A stretch of DNA of 64,000 nucleotides, taken from Octopus sinensis (taxonomy: Eukaryota). The notes under the pieces were generated by a model. That model saw nothing but the letters and a program-made list of their open reading frames with translations. It did no database searches and was not told the origin of the DNA. Positions 1 to 12,804 of the stretch are shown piece by piece; position 1 is the stretch's first letter, and each line of letters starts with the position of its first letter. Where the stretch lies: assembly GCF_006345805.1 (NCBI RefSeq), contig NC_043013.1, forward strand, positions 46,190,001-46,254,000. The letters run 5' to 3'. Position numbers and translations under genes: made by a program.

Positions 1-70
1 AATTATAAGCAAATTATTGCTCATAAATTTTAACTAAGAAATCTTATATGGACCCCAGTTGAGAACCATG
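1..70. mobile_element. End of a hAT-like MITE, truncated by the window edge
   Basis: atggaccccagttgagaacca is the reverse complement of the terminus of the MITE at 19549. Confidence 0.55.
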
Positions 71-716
71 GTTCTACAGAGCTGGTCAATCAGCTAGAAA
101 TAGCAGCTGAATCATACAAAAATTCCATCCTACTATTTTAATAGAGAAAGGATACATTGGATAATGCAGTCTGGAATTAAAAAAAAAAATACAAAAAAAA
201 AAACCAAAACAAAAAAAAAAAAAAAAAAACAGGATGACCTAGGCTGTAACTTGAACTCAGAACCAGTTCATCACCCTTAAACATATAAATGTCAGAATAA
301 AGTCTGTTCATCATGAGAATATTTATAGCAGATCTGTTTTGTTGATTGCTACAATTGTTAGGATTTTTCCAGCATTGCAGGGAGACAGTAATGTAACACT
401 GTCTGGCCTGTATGGAGACATTAATGGAGGAAAAAAAAAACCTGTCCAATTCTACTAATGCTAGGATTTCCTGTCAGACCCAAGTGGCACTAAGTGTTTC
501 CATTTTTATCTCATAATTCACTTAGCATTCAAAATCTACATTTAATATGTAATATTTGAAATCTCAGTTGATGGCAGCTACGGTTATTGTTTTCGAATAA
601 GGAGGCCTTAACGTATCGTGATATACCAGGCAAAAACACTCTGAAGGATATTGAAATGATAAGAAATATCTATGGAAAAGAAATGAAATATTCAAAACTC
701 ACATTTTAAAATTATA

Positions 717-1119
717 TACTCTTTTACTCTTTTACTTGTTTCAGTCATTTGACTGCGGCCATGCTGGAGCACCGCCTTTAATCGAGCAACTCGACCCCGG
801 AACTTATTCTTTTGTAAGCCCAGTACTTATTCTGTCGGTCTCTTTTGCCGAACCGCTAAGTAACGGGGACATAAACACACCAGCATCGGTTGTCAAGCAA
901 TGCTAGGGGGACAAACACACACACGTATATATATATATATATATATACATATATACGACGGGCTTCTTTCAGTTTCCGCCTACCAAATCCACTCACAAGG
1001 CTTTGGTCGGCCCGATGCTATAGTAGAAGACACTTGCCCAAGGTGCCACGCAGTGGGACTGAACACGGAACCATGTGGTTGGTAAACAAGCTACTTACCA
1101 CACAGCCACTCCTGCGCCT
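717..1119 (-). mobile_element. SINE family A (tRNA-like head, internal (TA)n/(TG)n tract, GAGTAAAA tail)
   Basis: Near-identical to copies at 4095, 8721, 15933, 44287, 56404 and 61792. Confidence 0.9.
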
Positions 1120-1505
1120 GAACATAGGTTCAGAATATGAATATGTTCTGAACCTATGTTTAGTGATATAAGCTGAACCTTTTAAATCAGGTACTCAATG
1201 TTTCAGGTCTGCCACCATAGCTTGTTATCTGCCACAGGGGCATTTTTAGTTTTAGAATTATATATTACACAAAACAATAAACTCCTTATTTGGAAACATT
1301 ATAAGTTGTAATATTGCCTCGTTTAAGCCTTGTTCTAGTTTTGATGTGACGTCAGTGTACATGTGAAATAAGATGGCAACACCATGTTTACATAGGGGCT
1401 CTGTTTAGTGATTAATTACTGGTATTTTGTGGTGTTTTTCTCTGGTCTGGCAATGGCTAGGTCCCACTGTCATCGGATTGAAGCTGTCCAACCTGCACTA
1501 TTATA

Positions 1506-1812
1506 GTTTAGTTTTTTCCTTCTCGAGCCACGCCTGACTCATAAGGGCCGGTTTCCCGGTTTCCTTGGCGTATAGGTTCCCCAGCTGGACGGGACACCAG
1601 TCCGTCGCAGGTGAGCTGCAAGATGCAGGAGGAAAGAGTGAGAGAAAGTTGTGGCAAAAGAGTCAGCAGAAGTTTCGCCATTACCTTCTACCGGAGCCAC
1701 GTGGAGCTTAGGTGTTTCGCTCATAAACACACACATCGCCCGGTCTGAGATTCGAACCCACCGTCCCTCGACCGTGAGTCCGCTGCTCTAACCACTAGGC
1801 CATATGCCTCCA
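1506..1812 (-). mobile_element. SINE family C, tRNA-derived
   Basis: A-box GGCCTAGTGG and B-box GGTTCGAATC on the minus strand; 13-bp TSD ctgcactattata (1493-1505, 1813-1825); second copy at 4689. Confidence 0.88.
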
Positions 1813-2902
1813 CTGCACTATTATACTGTAACCATGGGTTTACTTAGATCCAGTGAATGGAATTTGAGAGATGGAAACAATATGGGGAGCGCATTGTGAA
1901 TATTTGAGAGAGGGAGAGAGAAAGAGAGAGAGAGGAAGAGGAGGAAAGAAAGAACTATATATCACTGTAGAGTTTGGTACAATAGTTAAGACAACAGATT
2001 ATATAGAGTGAAAAAAAAAAAAAACGTTGGGTAATTATTTTTAGTCGCCACATAATTAATGAAGTTTGCAGAGATAAGATCCATTGTTTGCAACAGTTGT
2101 CGGCTGACACATGCAAGTGTGGAAGACGACTACAATAACACTAAAAGAATAGCAAAACAGACGGTCAAACATGTATCTACATTAAAGCACATGGACGGCA
2201 GCTAATGTTATTTGCATGTAGAAAAGCTTCTTCAATAACCAGAAATCCTATTAATCTAGAAAGCTGTGGGAAAATGGTGTTGGTAGTGGGGGAAGCGAGT
2301 TAAATCAAGTTAATTTACTGGTTACATCAATAAAGCCTTTGTCGTAAGAGATGAGTGAGAGAGTGCTAGGGACGGTCAGAAGAGGACGGAGAACAGTGTG
2401 AAAAGCAACGGATATAGATCTGTAAGTCGGTAAATAACAGCTTAGTATAAAACCCGATAGTAAAACAGTCAGTGATAAAATAACAAAAAGCAAAATGAAG
2501 TCCTGTGTTTTCAATATTGATATATGTTCGAGAAATGATTATAATGGATATTTGCTAGGTTGTTTTTATACAACTGTTGTTGGGGGCCACTGATAAAGTA
2601 CTTGGCAAGATTTGAAGACAGAACAATAAGCTTATCAACAGTTACTTTGTCACAGTGCTGTTATCACAGTGTGTTATTTCCAGACAAACTGGCCCGAGTT
2701 ATGAGACTTGTTCAAGGCAAAGCAAGGTCAGTGTGTATAATGTGTGATGGGAATAGATGTATTGATGTATCATTTGTTGTAGAATAAAAAAGGGAAGAGT
2801 TAGAAAGAAATGGAAAGTACTTAGGGAATGGAAACAAGGGAAATGGGGAAGGGAATACGATAAACATCAACATCTCAAAGTTACAGGATAATCCATGATT
2901 AA

Positions 2903-3124
2903 CCCTTTCGTTACTGTATTTATTTTGAGATGCTCTGCGTTTCTTTCAATTATTTTAAATATAAGAAAGAATTTAGTAAAATAACTTCGTTATCATTAAG
3001 CTAGTGTTAGGAACACAACTTGTGATTAAGGTTTGGTGGAAGATTTTAATTCAAAACTTATGAAAACAAGACATTTGTTACTCAGAGCCAGAGCCGGTTT
3101 CAGCCGGGTTGGTAACGAAAAGGG
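2903..3124. mobile_element. piggyBac-like MITE family 1
   Basis: TTAA flanks; TIRs CCCTTTCGTTAC / GTAACGAAAAGGG; copies at 22311, 27079 and 37077. Confidence 0.85.
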
Positions 3125-3420
3125 TTAATTCAACACAATGTGAATAAATAAGCATTTGGCAGGGTAGTCTGAATGCTAAATGGTTAAGAAAAATTAATGG
3201 CGATAATGATGATGATGGTTTTGAAAATATATTGTTATTGTCAAGGCATGGTCAGCATTTGACAAGTAGGTCAAATGGCTGTTCATATGAGACATGTTAT
3301 GATTAAATATACATAACAAATCATCGCTGACATTTTGTATAATAAACTTTAAACCTGAATAATACATATTTCCAGGATATACTTAATGTAATATAAATGC
3401 TGTACTGTGGTACTACACAT

Positions 3421-3563
3421 ATGGAATAAACTGCCTGCGTCAGTTGTTGACTGCCATGACACTGCATCCTTTAAGGCCCTCATGCTTTCCGAAATCCGCC
3501 GAAACTACACCTGATTATATATACACTTTAGATGAGTTGTAGTGCACCTGAGCACTGTACACA

Positions 3564-3598
<35 letters not shown>
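3421..3598 (+). mobile_element. CR1-like LINE 3' end fragment
   Basis: Translates WNKLPASVVDCHDTASFKAL, followed by a (TTA)n tail; same family as 47812-48131. Confidence 0.75.
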
Positions 3599-3600
<2 letters not shown>

Positions 3601-3719
3601 GGTGTTTATTAAATTATTGGAAAATAGTGTTGTGATCTGATTTATGGATAAAGACAGCTGCTAGAAAAATGTTTCCCAATTAAACAGCAGAAATATAGAG
3701 AGACACAGGATGGAACTTC

Positions 3720-4090
3720 AATACAGGCTGACCCTACGTCTCACAGTTCCGATATCCTTCAGCCTCCCAGGCAGTGGTTCAGATGTTTGTGTCAAAGACA
3801 CTGATTTCAACCGGAACAATTGTCCTCTTTGTGTGTTGCAATCTCTCTTCATCTCTCTTTGCTTAGTTCCTGGCACTTCTCAATTTCCCGTTTCCTTGAT
3901 ATCCACTCTACTTCCATATGGTAATATTGCTAACTCAATGCTCTGACACTGTTGGTTCGTTGCAGGACCTGGTCGTCCAATCCCTTCTCTTCCCAGATAT
4001 TTCTCCTGTCTTGCTTCTTCTTCTTCTTCTTCTTCTTCACCTTCTTGAATTCTCTCACTATTGCATTGGCTTCTTTCATATTTCTGGCTG
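3720..4090 (-). mobile_element. Decayed non-LTR retrotransposon C-terminus, restriction-like endonuclease type
   Basis: Frameshifted pieces CQSIELAILPYGSRVDIKE / EIEKCQELSKE / TIVPVEISVF / LPGRLKDIG follow the D-x-A-x-P...EKxEKYQxL...VPVVIGALG pattern of RLE elements. Confidence 0.6.
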
Positions 4091-4094
4091 CAGA

Positions 4095-4500
4095 TACTCT
4101 TTTACTCTTTTACTTGTTTCAGTCATTTGACTGCGGCCATACTGGAGCACCGCCTTTAGTCGAGCAAATCGACCCCGGGACTTATTCTTTGTAAGCCCAG
4201 TACTTATTCTATCGGTCTCTTTTGCCGAACCGCTAAGTGACAGGGACGTAAACACACCAGCATCGGTTGTCAAGCAATGCTAGGGGGACAAACACAGACA
4301 CACAAACACACACTTATATATATATACATATATATACGACAGGCTTCTTTCAGTTTCCGCCTACCAAATCCACTCACAAGGCATTGGTCGGCCCGGGGCT
4401 ATAGCAGAAGACACTTGCCCAAGATTCCACGCAGTGGAACTGAACCCGGAACCATGTGGTTGGTAAGCAAGCTACTTACCACACAGCCACTCCTGCGCCT
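4095..4500 (-). mobile_element. SINE family A
   Basis: Full-length copy similar to 717-1119. Confidence 0.9.
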
Positions 4501-4688
4501 ATTTTTTTCTTTACAATGCATAACTGTTTTTCAAACCCAACATTGCAGAACTGAAGGGGCCTTCTCCATTTGAGAACCCACTACTTCCTTCCTTTCAGGA
4601 CATGTAGAGCCTGTTGAGGTTACTTTTACAGTGATATGCATCATGCACTTGTTATTGTTGTTGTTGTTCTACTACTACTACTAGTAGT

Positions 4689-4998
4689 GGAGGCACATGG
4701 CCTAGTGGTTAGAGCAGCGGACTCGCGGTCGAGGGATCACGGGTTCGAATCTCAGATTGGGCGATGTGTGTGTTTATGAGCGAAAACACCTAAGCTCTAC
4801 ATGGATCCGGCAGGAGGTAATGGCGAACTTCTGTTGACTCTTTCGCCACAACTTACTCTCACTCTTTCCTTCTGCATCTTGCTGCTCACCTGCGATGGAC
4901 TGGCATACCGTCCAGATGGGGAACCTATACGCCAAGGAGACCGGGAAACCGGCCCTTATGAGCCAGGCATGACTCGAGAAGGAACAAGACAAACAAAA
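4689..4998 (+). mobile_element. SINE family C
   Basis: Inverse copy of 1506-1812, with A and B boxes. Confidence 0.88.
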
Positions 4999-5689
4999 CT
5001 ACTACCACTACTACTACTACTACTACTACTGTACTGTACTGCTATTTCTCAAAAGTTTAGAAATGATCCCCCCCCCGCAACTGTGACCTTCTTGTATAGA
5101 AATTTGTAACTATTAACTAAAGACCAATCACTCGTTGTTGAATGGATCTCATGTCATGCACTTAGTATTTCATAATCAATTTAAAAATCTTGTAGCTCCA
5201 CTCATTTGACAGATTACACCGTATTTGGGAGATTATACAGCATTTTTTTGGGTCAGTAACTATCCACACACAATTCAAAGTTATAAATATGTCTTCAAAG
5301 CACGGAACAATGTTCATGTCGACCATTCAGAAGTTACAACTACTCAGCAAAGTTATGATTAATACAATTTCTATGGTAATTAAATGCAGCAAAAATAGAC
5401 TATAAGCCTTGTGTGTGTGTGTGTGTGTGTGTGTGCCTACATGTCAGATTAAAGCTAAAGTAATTAGTAACACAAGAGCAGAATTAATTCACCAAATCAA
5501 ATTACCAATTAAATTAATAGAAACAGGAAGCTTAATGCCAAGAGCAAGAGAAATATTCAGTTATGAAGAAAGTAAATAACACAATAGCATTTATTGTACA
5601 AGCGAAGGTGGTGGTGGTGGTGGTTGTGGTGGAGTTTGGCAGAGAGAAATCACAGGTGAGCAACCTAATACTTAGCAATCAGTCCTTAA

Positions 5690-6083
5690 CCCATTAGTGT
5701 TTGCATGTAAAAAGCACCCACTACACTCACGGAGTGGTTGGCATTAGGAAAGGCATCCAGCTGTAGAAACATTGCCAGATAAGACCGGAGCCTGGTGCAG
5801 CCTCCTGGCTTCCCAGATCCCCGGTCGAACCGTCCAACCCATGCTAGCATGGAGAATGGACGTTAAACGATGATGATGATGATGATGATTATTCTGCCAA
5901 AATTAATCTTTTTTCATCCACATTGTTTTGAACTAATCATGCATTATCTTGGAGCTATGAGATTTTGATGAGGTAGCTGTTAATTTTTCAAAAGATATTG
6001 TAGGGTTGGTGCGAGAGGCCAGATCTGGCCAGTTTGAACATAAAACAGGCAGAATACTTTTGGCCGGTTTAAATGCTAAAGGG
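5690..6083. mobile_element. piggyBac-like MITE family 2, interrupted by a SINE family D copy (5704-5890, (GAT)n tail)
   Basis: TTAA-CCCATTAG ... CTAAAGGG-TTAA termini; the insert matches 27388-27710. Confidence 0.75.
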
Positions 6084-6454
6084 TTAACGTGCATTAGCAT
6101 GGTTAGTGGAGTCGGGTCCCCTGGTAAGATATACAAGAAAAGAATATCACAGAATCGTTAAGTATCATTAAACTCAGTTAATGCGGAAGACTGCTATCAC
6201 TTGCGGCATATTTCGGTAACTCACTGCTATATACACACTCATACATGCATGCACAACCAGACCTAACCGGGTTTCTGTAGTTTGGTACATATTTTGTTTT
6301 TAGTGACCTCTCTTAAGTAATCCTGACTAGACATCTTCTCTAATCAGTGGGGGTTTACTGGGTGTTTTCTTTAGACCTGACTGGCAAATTCATCGCATCA
6401 CTTTACACTAGCGAGTGTAATGCTTAGAGAAACACAGTTGATATTGGTTTAAAA

Positions 6455-6643
6455 TTTTGGCACAAAGTTTGTGGGAGGGAGTAAGTTGATTACATCAACC
6501 CCAGTGTTCAACTGGTACTTATTGATTCTATTGAAACGGTAAAGTGGACCTTGGTGGAATTGGAACACAGAATGTAAAGACGGACGAAATGCTCAGTGGC
6601 ATTTTGTCCGGCATGCTAATGATTCTGCCAGTTCGCCGCCTTA
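6455..6643 (-). mobile_element. SINE family B (Meta-domain-like), diverged
   Basis: tRNA-like head and ccccagtg..aactggtactta core shared with 38211-38445. Confidence 0.7.
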
Positions 6644-6852
6644 AATGCAGTTTGTAACCATTTGCTTGAAACTAAAGATTATTCTAAAAAATACGGGATG
6701 TTAACCTGACTTTCTTAAATACATTTCGTTGATCATTAATGGACAATTAATTAACTGGACGGAAAAAAAAAATGAATGGAAAAGGAACAAAAACTGGCAA
6801 AGAAAGAAAGGACCACAGAAATGTTTTCCAACAGAAAATTAAAAGAATATAT

Positions 6853-6883
<31 letters not shown>

Positions 6884-7198
6884 AAAAAAACACAGCAGAA
6901 AATGAAAGAAAAAAAAAATCAAGGAAAAAGAAAGTATAAAAATGCATAAAAAGGAGAGAACGAAGAAAAAAAAAAAGAAAATGAGATGAATGGAGAATAT
7001 TGGTATCAGAATTTATAGTTAAGTCTTCAATGGTCTGAGAGGAGACATCAAGTGAAAAAGGCATTCTAAAGCTTACATGAATTTGTTTTGATCCAAGGAA
7101 GCATAAAAAGAATAAGATAATGGTTTTTACACGGACATTTGACAAATGATTGGAGATCAATTCAAAGAGAAAGGCAAGCAATCAAATGCCATTCATAC

Positions 7199-7263
7199 CT
7201 GTGGCTTCATCATCATTGTATTCTTTGCCATTGTTGCTACAGCGGGCATTCTTCATCTGATAC
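7199..7263 (-). CDS. nab: NAB homologue exon: (R)YQMKNARCSNNGKEYNDDEAT
   Basis: Acceptor tttttctctgtttag, donor G|gtatga; 65 nt, phase 2-1; completes the split Arg codon CG|G from the previous exon. Confidence 0.8.
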
Positions 7264-7879
7264 CTAAACAGAGAAAAATAGGGTGGCCCCACTGAAATTA
7301 CACACAATTCAGCAGAAGATTGTCTTGTCTTTTATATATATATATATAATATAAAATATAAAAGTTTAATTATATTTTATTAATAAATGAATAAATAAAA
7401 TGGGTTTAATTTTTCTATAATATATTTGGCTGTCGGTTTCTATCAAGTGAGAGCATAATGTATTATCATGCAGGAGTAGTCTCCCTTACATCGCAAAGCT
7501 TTCCTGCTAATCTCACTTTCTCGTTTTGAAGTGAAACACGTTCGCTATGATGGAAAAATGTCTTGTAATTATTAAAGGAAAATACACCCCCCACCCCGGA
7601 ATTATTTCAGACCAATCCCAAGATGTATTTAAAACTAAATAGAAAATATAATTTTTGTTTTTCGCCATTCCATCAGAATAGTAAATATTCTATATACATT
7701 TTTTCTGAACTTATATAAGTGTTGTTATTACTGATATCCTTTGTAATGGAATGAAAACCTACCTCAGCTGTTATTGTAATGAAATCTAGGATTATGAATT
7801 AACAGAGAGAAGACTTTTCCAGATATTTTCCCAGATATTAAAAGCTGAAGTCATCACTGTTTTTTTCATAGCAATTCAC

Positions 7880-8315
7880 GGATCTTTCTGGTTTGAACGG
7901 CAGCTTTTAACATAATTTCTAGGTAACTAAAAAATTTTAAACTTCGTATACTAGTAGAAAGTGTTTATAAAACATTTTTTTTTTTCTTGGCTTTATTGAA
8001 AAAATTCCATGGTTTGTAAGATATTTGATGTTTTCTTTCTTCAATTTCTGCAATTTCAACCAATCAGTGACGTCTATTTAGTTAAAAAGCATTCTGTGCC
8101 ATATGAATATGTCCCTCGTTTAAGAAACAGATTAGGTTTACTTACATTTGTGAAGAAAAAAAAGATACCCTTCCCCCCACCCCTAACCTTAACCCTAACT
8201 AACTCTAACCCTAAAAGAGATTGAAATGCAATAGATCAATACTAGGGTCATAATTATGGGTGACAATTTCATATGACACCGCTAGAAAAAACTGCCGTTC
8301 AAACTGAAAAGATCC
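7880..8315. mobile_element. MITE with GGATC termini and 8-bp TSD (Merlin-like)
   Basis: TIR of about 24 bp, GGATCTTT.C.GTTTGAACGGCAG; perfect TSD caattcac. The superfamily call is an inference. Confidence 0.85.
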
Positions 8316-8720
8316 CAATTCACTTTTGGAAAAAAAAAAATCCCAGCTTTGTCACAGAGTAGATAATTTTTTAAAATAAATCAAACGCCTGTATAATTTC
8401 AAATTATTTGACAAAAGCTGTAAGTAGACTGAGATTATGATCATAAAAAAACAGAAACCTATATCGCTTCCATTCAATGCTGTGACTATTACCAAACTCT
8501 CCACAAACCTTGTGTTTGCCTAACGATGTACCATGTACCTAGAAATCTTTAATATTTTGAATTATGTTATTAATGTGGGAGCAACATACTGATCCCAGAA
8601 CCTGACCAATAGTTTACTTTACTGAATTCAGATTTAGATCACAAAGGGATGTAACTAAAATACAATATAGCCGTTATATTATGCCTTTAGCATAAATTAA
8701 AGAAAAAAAATTAACATATT

Positions 8721-9126
8721 GGTGCAGGAGTGGCTGTGTGGTAAGTAGCTTGTTTACCAACCACATGGTTCCGGGTTCAGTCCCACTGCGTGGCACCTTG
8801 GGCAAGTGCCTTCTACTATAGCCTTGGGCCGACCAAAGCCTTATGAGTGGATTTGGTAGACGGAAACTGAAAGAAGCCCGTTGTATATATATATAATATA
8901 TATATGTGTGTGTGTGTGTGTGTTTGTGTGTCTGTGTTTGTCCCCCCAACATCACTTGACAACCGATGCTGGTGTGTTTATGTCCCCGTTACTTAGCGGT
9001 TCGGCAAAAGAGACCGACAGAATAAGTACTGGGCTTACAAAAGAATAAGTCGCGGGGTCGAGTTGCTCGATTAAAGGCGGTGCTCCAGCATGGCCGCAGT
9101 CACATGACTGAAACAAGTAAAAGAGT
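8721..9126 (+). mobile_element. SINE family A
   Basis: Full-length copy, inverted relative to 4095-4500. Confidence 0.9.
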
Positions 9127-9472
9127 ATATTGATGTTAAGGTCTGGGATGTCTAGTTTTAAGTTTTCTAAACTAATACGTATATCACTATTTGTAATTTA
9201 TCAGATTTATTAAAAAAATACAATGGTCAGATTCCCAATTCATTAGCAGTTAACCTCTATTTAGTTCATGACAAACAGAAATACAATAATTTGTCATCTT
9301 CAGATGTAGAAGTAATAATTGTTTGGGTTTTTTTTTTTATCATTTATACATTTCATTTTATTGACTTTTTTGTAGACGTAAGAATTTTTTTAATGGTTAT
9401 TGATAAGACCCACTTTATTAGGGAAATAAAACTTTAGGCATTATTTGTCAAAAAAAAAAAAGTCTTCCATAT

Positions 9473-9513
<41 letters not shown>

Positions 9514-10886
9514 TAATAATAGTAATAATAATAATAATAATATTAATGATTATAATTTATATAAAAATCAATTTTTATATCACAGCATTTCTGTAGATTG
9601 AAATTTAAAAAAAACTGAAATGTAAACCGTAATAAATAATTTTAAATAATAAATAATTTAAATGAAAGAAAACAGCAATGACAGTTTCAGATAATGTTTT
9701 TGTTATCTGGAACATATTCTGATCAAGAATAAAACAAAAAAAAAAGAAAAACAGAAAAAAAAAACAAAGGAAAAAAAGAACAAAAACAAACAAACAGCAG
9801 TGTGAAGAAAGAGATGCATGATGATGTCTTGGCAAGCGAGATGGAGACTTCAATTCAGTTTTATGATATATATTGGCAGTGTGTATTTTGAGTGAAGGAA
9901 CAACTTTCTAGAGAGTGGACTGGTCTTAGATAAATCAATTGGGATTAATGAAGATGAGAATCAATTATGATAAACACGGAGAAAGAGATTGTCTTATCAA
10001 TTTAGCTTACCTAAACTTGTTGCACTAACTTTTTGTGAGGCTAGGTTCATTTACATTCTCGTAAAAACAAAAACAGTTTTAGAGAAACTTTGAATAAAAA
10101 TATCATGAAATAACAAAAAAAGCCATTTTTTAGTTTGTTGTTTCATACACTTATACACACACACACACACATACATACACATACGCGCGTACACATACCA
10201 AAGGTCACAATTTTTAGTCCTGACAAATAAACTCAAGTTTATAATCAACTGGTCCTTATCACAAACAAATTATAATTAGCAATTAAGAAGTGGTGGACTT
10301 TAGTTCATGTTGAATTTTGTGGAATACTGACGAGATGTAAGGAGTATTTTTTTACTTTTTCTTTTCTTTTTAAGTCACTAATCTGAGTGTGCAAATTGCT
10401 ACGTTCGTTAGTTAATTAACATTAGTATTTCAATAAAAGCAGTAAATATTAGTACCTCATAGCTGATAGTTAGTATCTTAAAGCATCATATGTTACAACC
10501 ACGTTATGTGGCTAAAAACAATAGCAACAACAACAATATCATCAACAACAACAACAGCAACAACAATAAAACAATACAACAAAAACCTCTAGAGAGATGA
10601 AAAACATATTTCACAACACCATAACTTTTTTTTTTCTTTCTTTTTTTCACATAATTGATTATCAAAAACAATGCTATTGAAACTAAATCCACCCCACCTC
10701 TTAAAAGAAATAAACATCAGGGTATGTAATTTTTTTCAAAATAGCTTATTTTGGAATAGTTCGAATGGGATTTTCCACTTGGAAACATATGTAAGTTGGA
10801 ACAAGAAAATTAACCAGTAAATTTGCACAAGTTTCTGCTGTAAAGGGACTGAACAAGTAAGAATTCAGTATGTGCCAACAACATAC

Positions 10887-11092
10887 CGTTCAAAGCGGCG
10901 CTGTTTTTTGATTATTTCATTCTGCTCAGCCATTAGATGAAGCTGTCGAGATGTAATTAGATCGCGAGTTCCTTGTAGCTTCTGCAGTGAAACAGCATCA
11001 CCAGCATCTTTGGCAGCTACGAGCTGAGATTTTATTTCATCTTGTTTCTGCTTCAAGCTAACCATTTCATTGTTTATTGCTGTCATTCGTTC
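10887..11092 (-). CDS. nab: NAB homologue exon, coiled-coil: ERMTAINNEMVSLKQKQDEIKSQL...QNEIIKKQRRFE(R)
   Basis: Acceptor ctcactttcag, donor CG|gtatgt; 206 nt, phase 0-2; clearly coding composition. Assignment to NAB rests on strand, order and phase continuity. Confidence 0.85.
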
Positions 11093-12108
11093 CTGAAAGT
11101 GAGGAGTGAGGAAAAATGATGTTGTCATACATCGGTCGTTATACACAGTTATGATAAATGCAATAGAGAAAGCAGCATTCATTTATGCAGACAATGGTTA
11201 AGCTGCTAAAGACAAAAGAACAGATTCGCCTCACTGCAATAATAAAAACAACAACTTGTTTACATAGGTGGAGCCAGGAATTCTTCTACGGTGGGTCCTT
11301 GGTTCAAACTCGCTTTTAAGGTCCGTCCACATTAAGGCTTCATTATGAAATAGTTTAAAATTTCTTTCAACCAAGTCAATTAAGTTTTCTCTTCTTTATG
11401 GCAACATTTTAAAAGTAGGACTTAAGAACCACACATACATACGCATACACAAACATGTGTGTTTATGTATGTGCATATATATCTATGTGTGCTCATGGGA
11501 GCAGCTACAACCACACATATACATGAGTATATCATTTTACAGTATTTTCTTTTCTTGTATATCATTATGGGAAATAACAAATTCAATTCAAATAACAATT
11601 AGTGTTTTGTTTCTGACTGTTTCAGGAAGTGTTTTTTTTTTTTTTTTCTGAAATTGTTCATCTCAAAAATTTATCGCAACTTGGCTAGATAAAAGAAAGC
11701 AGCAGAAGAACATTTAAAAATCCAAGATAATTAATTAGACTGCCAAGAAAATTAAAGAAGCAAAAAGCAAATATTAATGCAATAATATGTATAACACCTG
11801 AGCCGTACCAATATATTTTGATAGACTTCAACCTTGTCGGAAGCACAAGCAGTTAGACAGAATGCTAACATACATTAGTAAGAAATCAAAAGAATCAAAT
11901 GCTACAATGCAGAGAATCGATGCTAGTAGGTGTTTAGTTCTGGACAACCGAGATACGCCTCAGTCTGCAACACAATCCGAGCAGTTATGTCCACTGTGAG
12001 TAAAAACACAAACAGTTAGTTTTATAAGAAACCTATGCCTGTTAACCATTCGAGAAGAATAGCAGGATACAATACACCTAAAGTTGGTCAAAAGGAAAAT
12101 AATAATTA

Positions 12109-12804
12109 TACTGTGTAACATGATTTTTGTCCTTGGGCAGTAACTGTTATTTCCTATTTGCTTACCCATAGAAAGTATTTTAAAAAATGGCTAATATTTC
12201 TTTCAAACTTTGCTTTTTTTTACATTTGTTCAAACCCCCAAAAGAATCCTTCTCAACACATGGCTCGTGATCAGAGATGCACGTATTATCAGCCACTAAG
12301 AGATACACTCAAATGGTTAAGGTCAAGCGACTGACAAGCAAATCTGTTGAATCTCTCTCTCTATATATATAAAGCTGAAGTTGTCTGTGTATGGCAGGTT
12401 TGGTAGCGTTCAACTAACACTATCTCCTCCGAGACCCTGCGGTGCAAGTTGACCAAAATTGAAAGTATGATAGAAGAAGGCTTGCTCTTCCTTCCGTAGA
12501 AGAAAAAATTTAAATCGGACCATGTTAACACCAAAAATTATTTACATCAAAAAGGTGCTTTTGAGCAGAATATTTGCTATAACGATATTTCTGCTTCAGC
12601 AACTCAGCTCTGAATCTATCTGAAATGTAATGGAAAATAGTTCAGTTTCAAATCATTGATGTCCAGGTCAGAAAAGCAAAGTTTGAAAGGAATAGTAGTC
12701 ATTTCCTTTGATTTCTAGATAGAAGCAAATAGGAAATAACACTTACTGGCCAAAGACAAAAGAAAACAAAAAAAAAAAAAATACAGAAATTTTGTTACAC
12801 AGTG
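12109..12804. mobile_element. TIR element (CTGTGTAACA / TGTTACACAG) carrying a 3'-deleted Helitron-like insert (12352-12560)
   Basis: Collinear with 29221-30101. Confidence 0.75.

Noticed and set aside
890-1171. Recurring ORFs of the type MLGGQTQTHKH...SFRLPNPLTR...TMWLV (also 4277, 8674, 44310, 56589, 61967)
   Set aside because: They are antisense readings of SINE family A with a variable microsatellite, not a gene family.
2684-2726. Plus-strand exon-like segment (ccag...AAG|gtcagt), and a donor-like cact|gtgagt near 11996
   Set aside because: Isolated; no consistent antisense gene model could be built.
3930-4087. Apparent next NAB exon ARNMKEANAIVREFKK... after ctgcag
   Set aside because: The acceptor abuts a SINE tail and lacks a pyrimidine tract; the sequence fits a frameshifted RLE retrotransposon better.
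4689-4765. tRNA-like sequence with A and B boxes
   Set aside because: It continues into a SINE body that has a TSD at the paralogous copy; a SINE head, not a tRNA gene.
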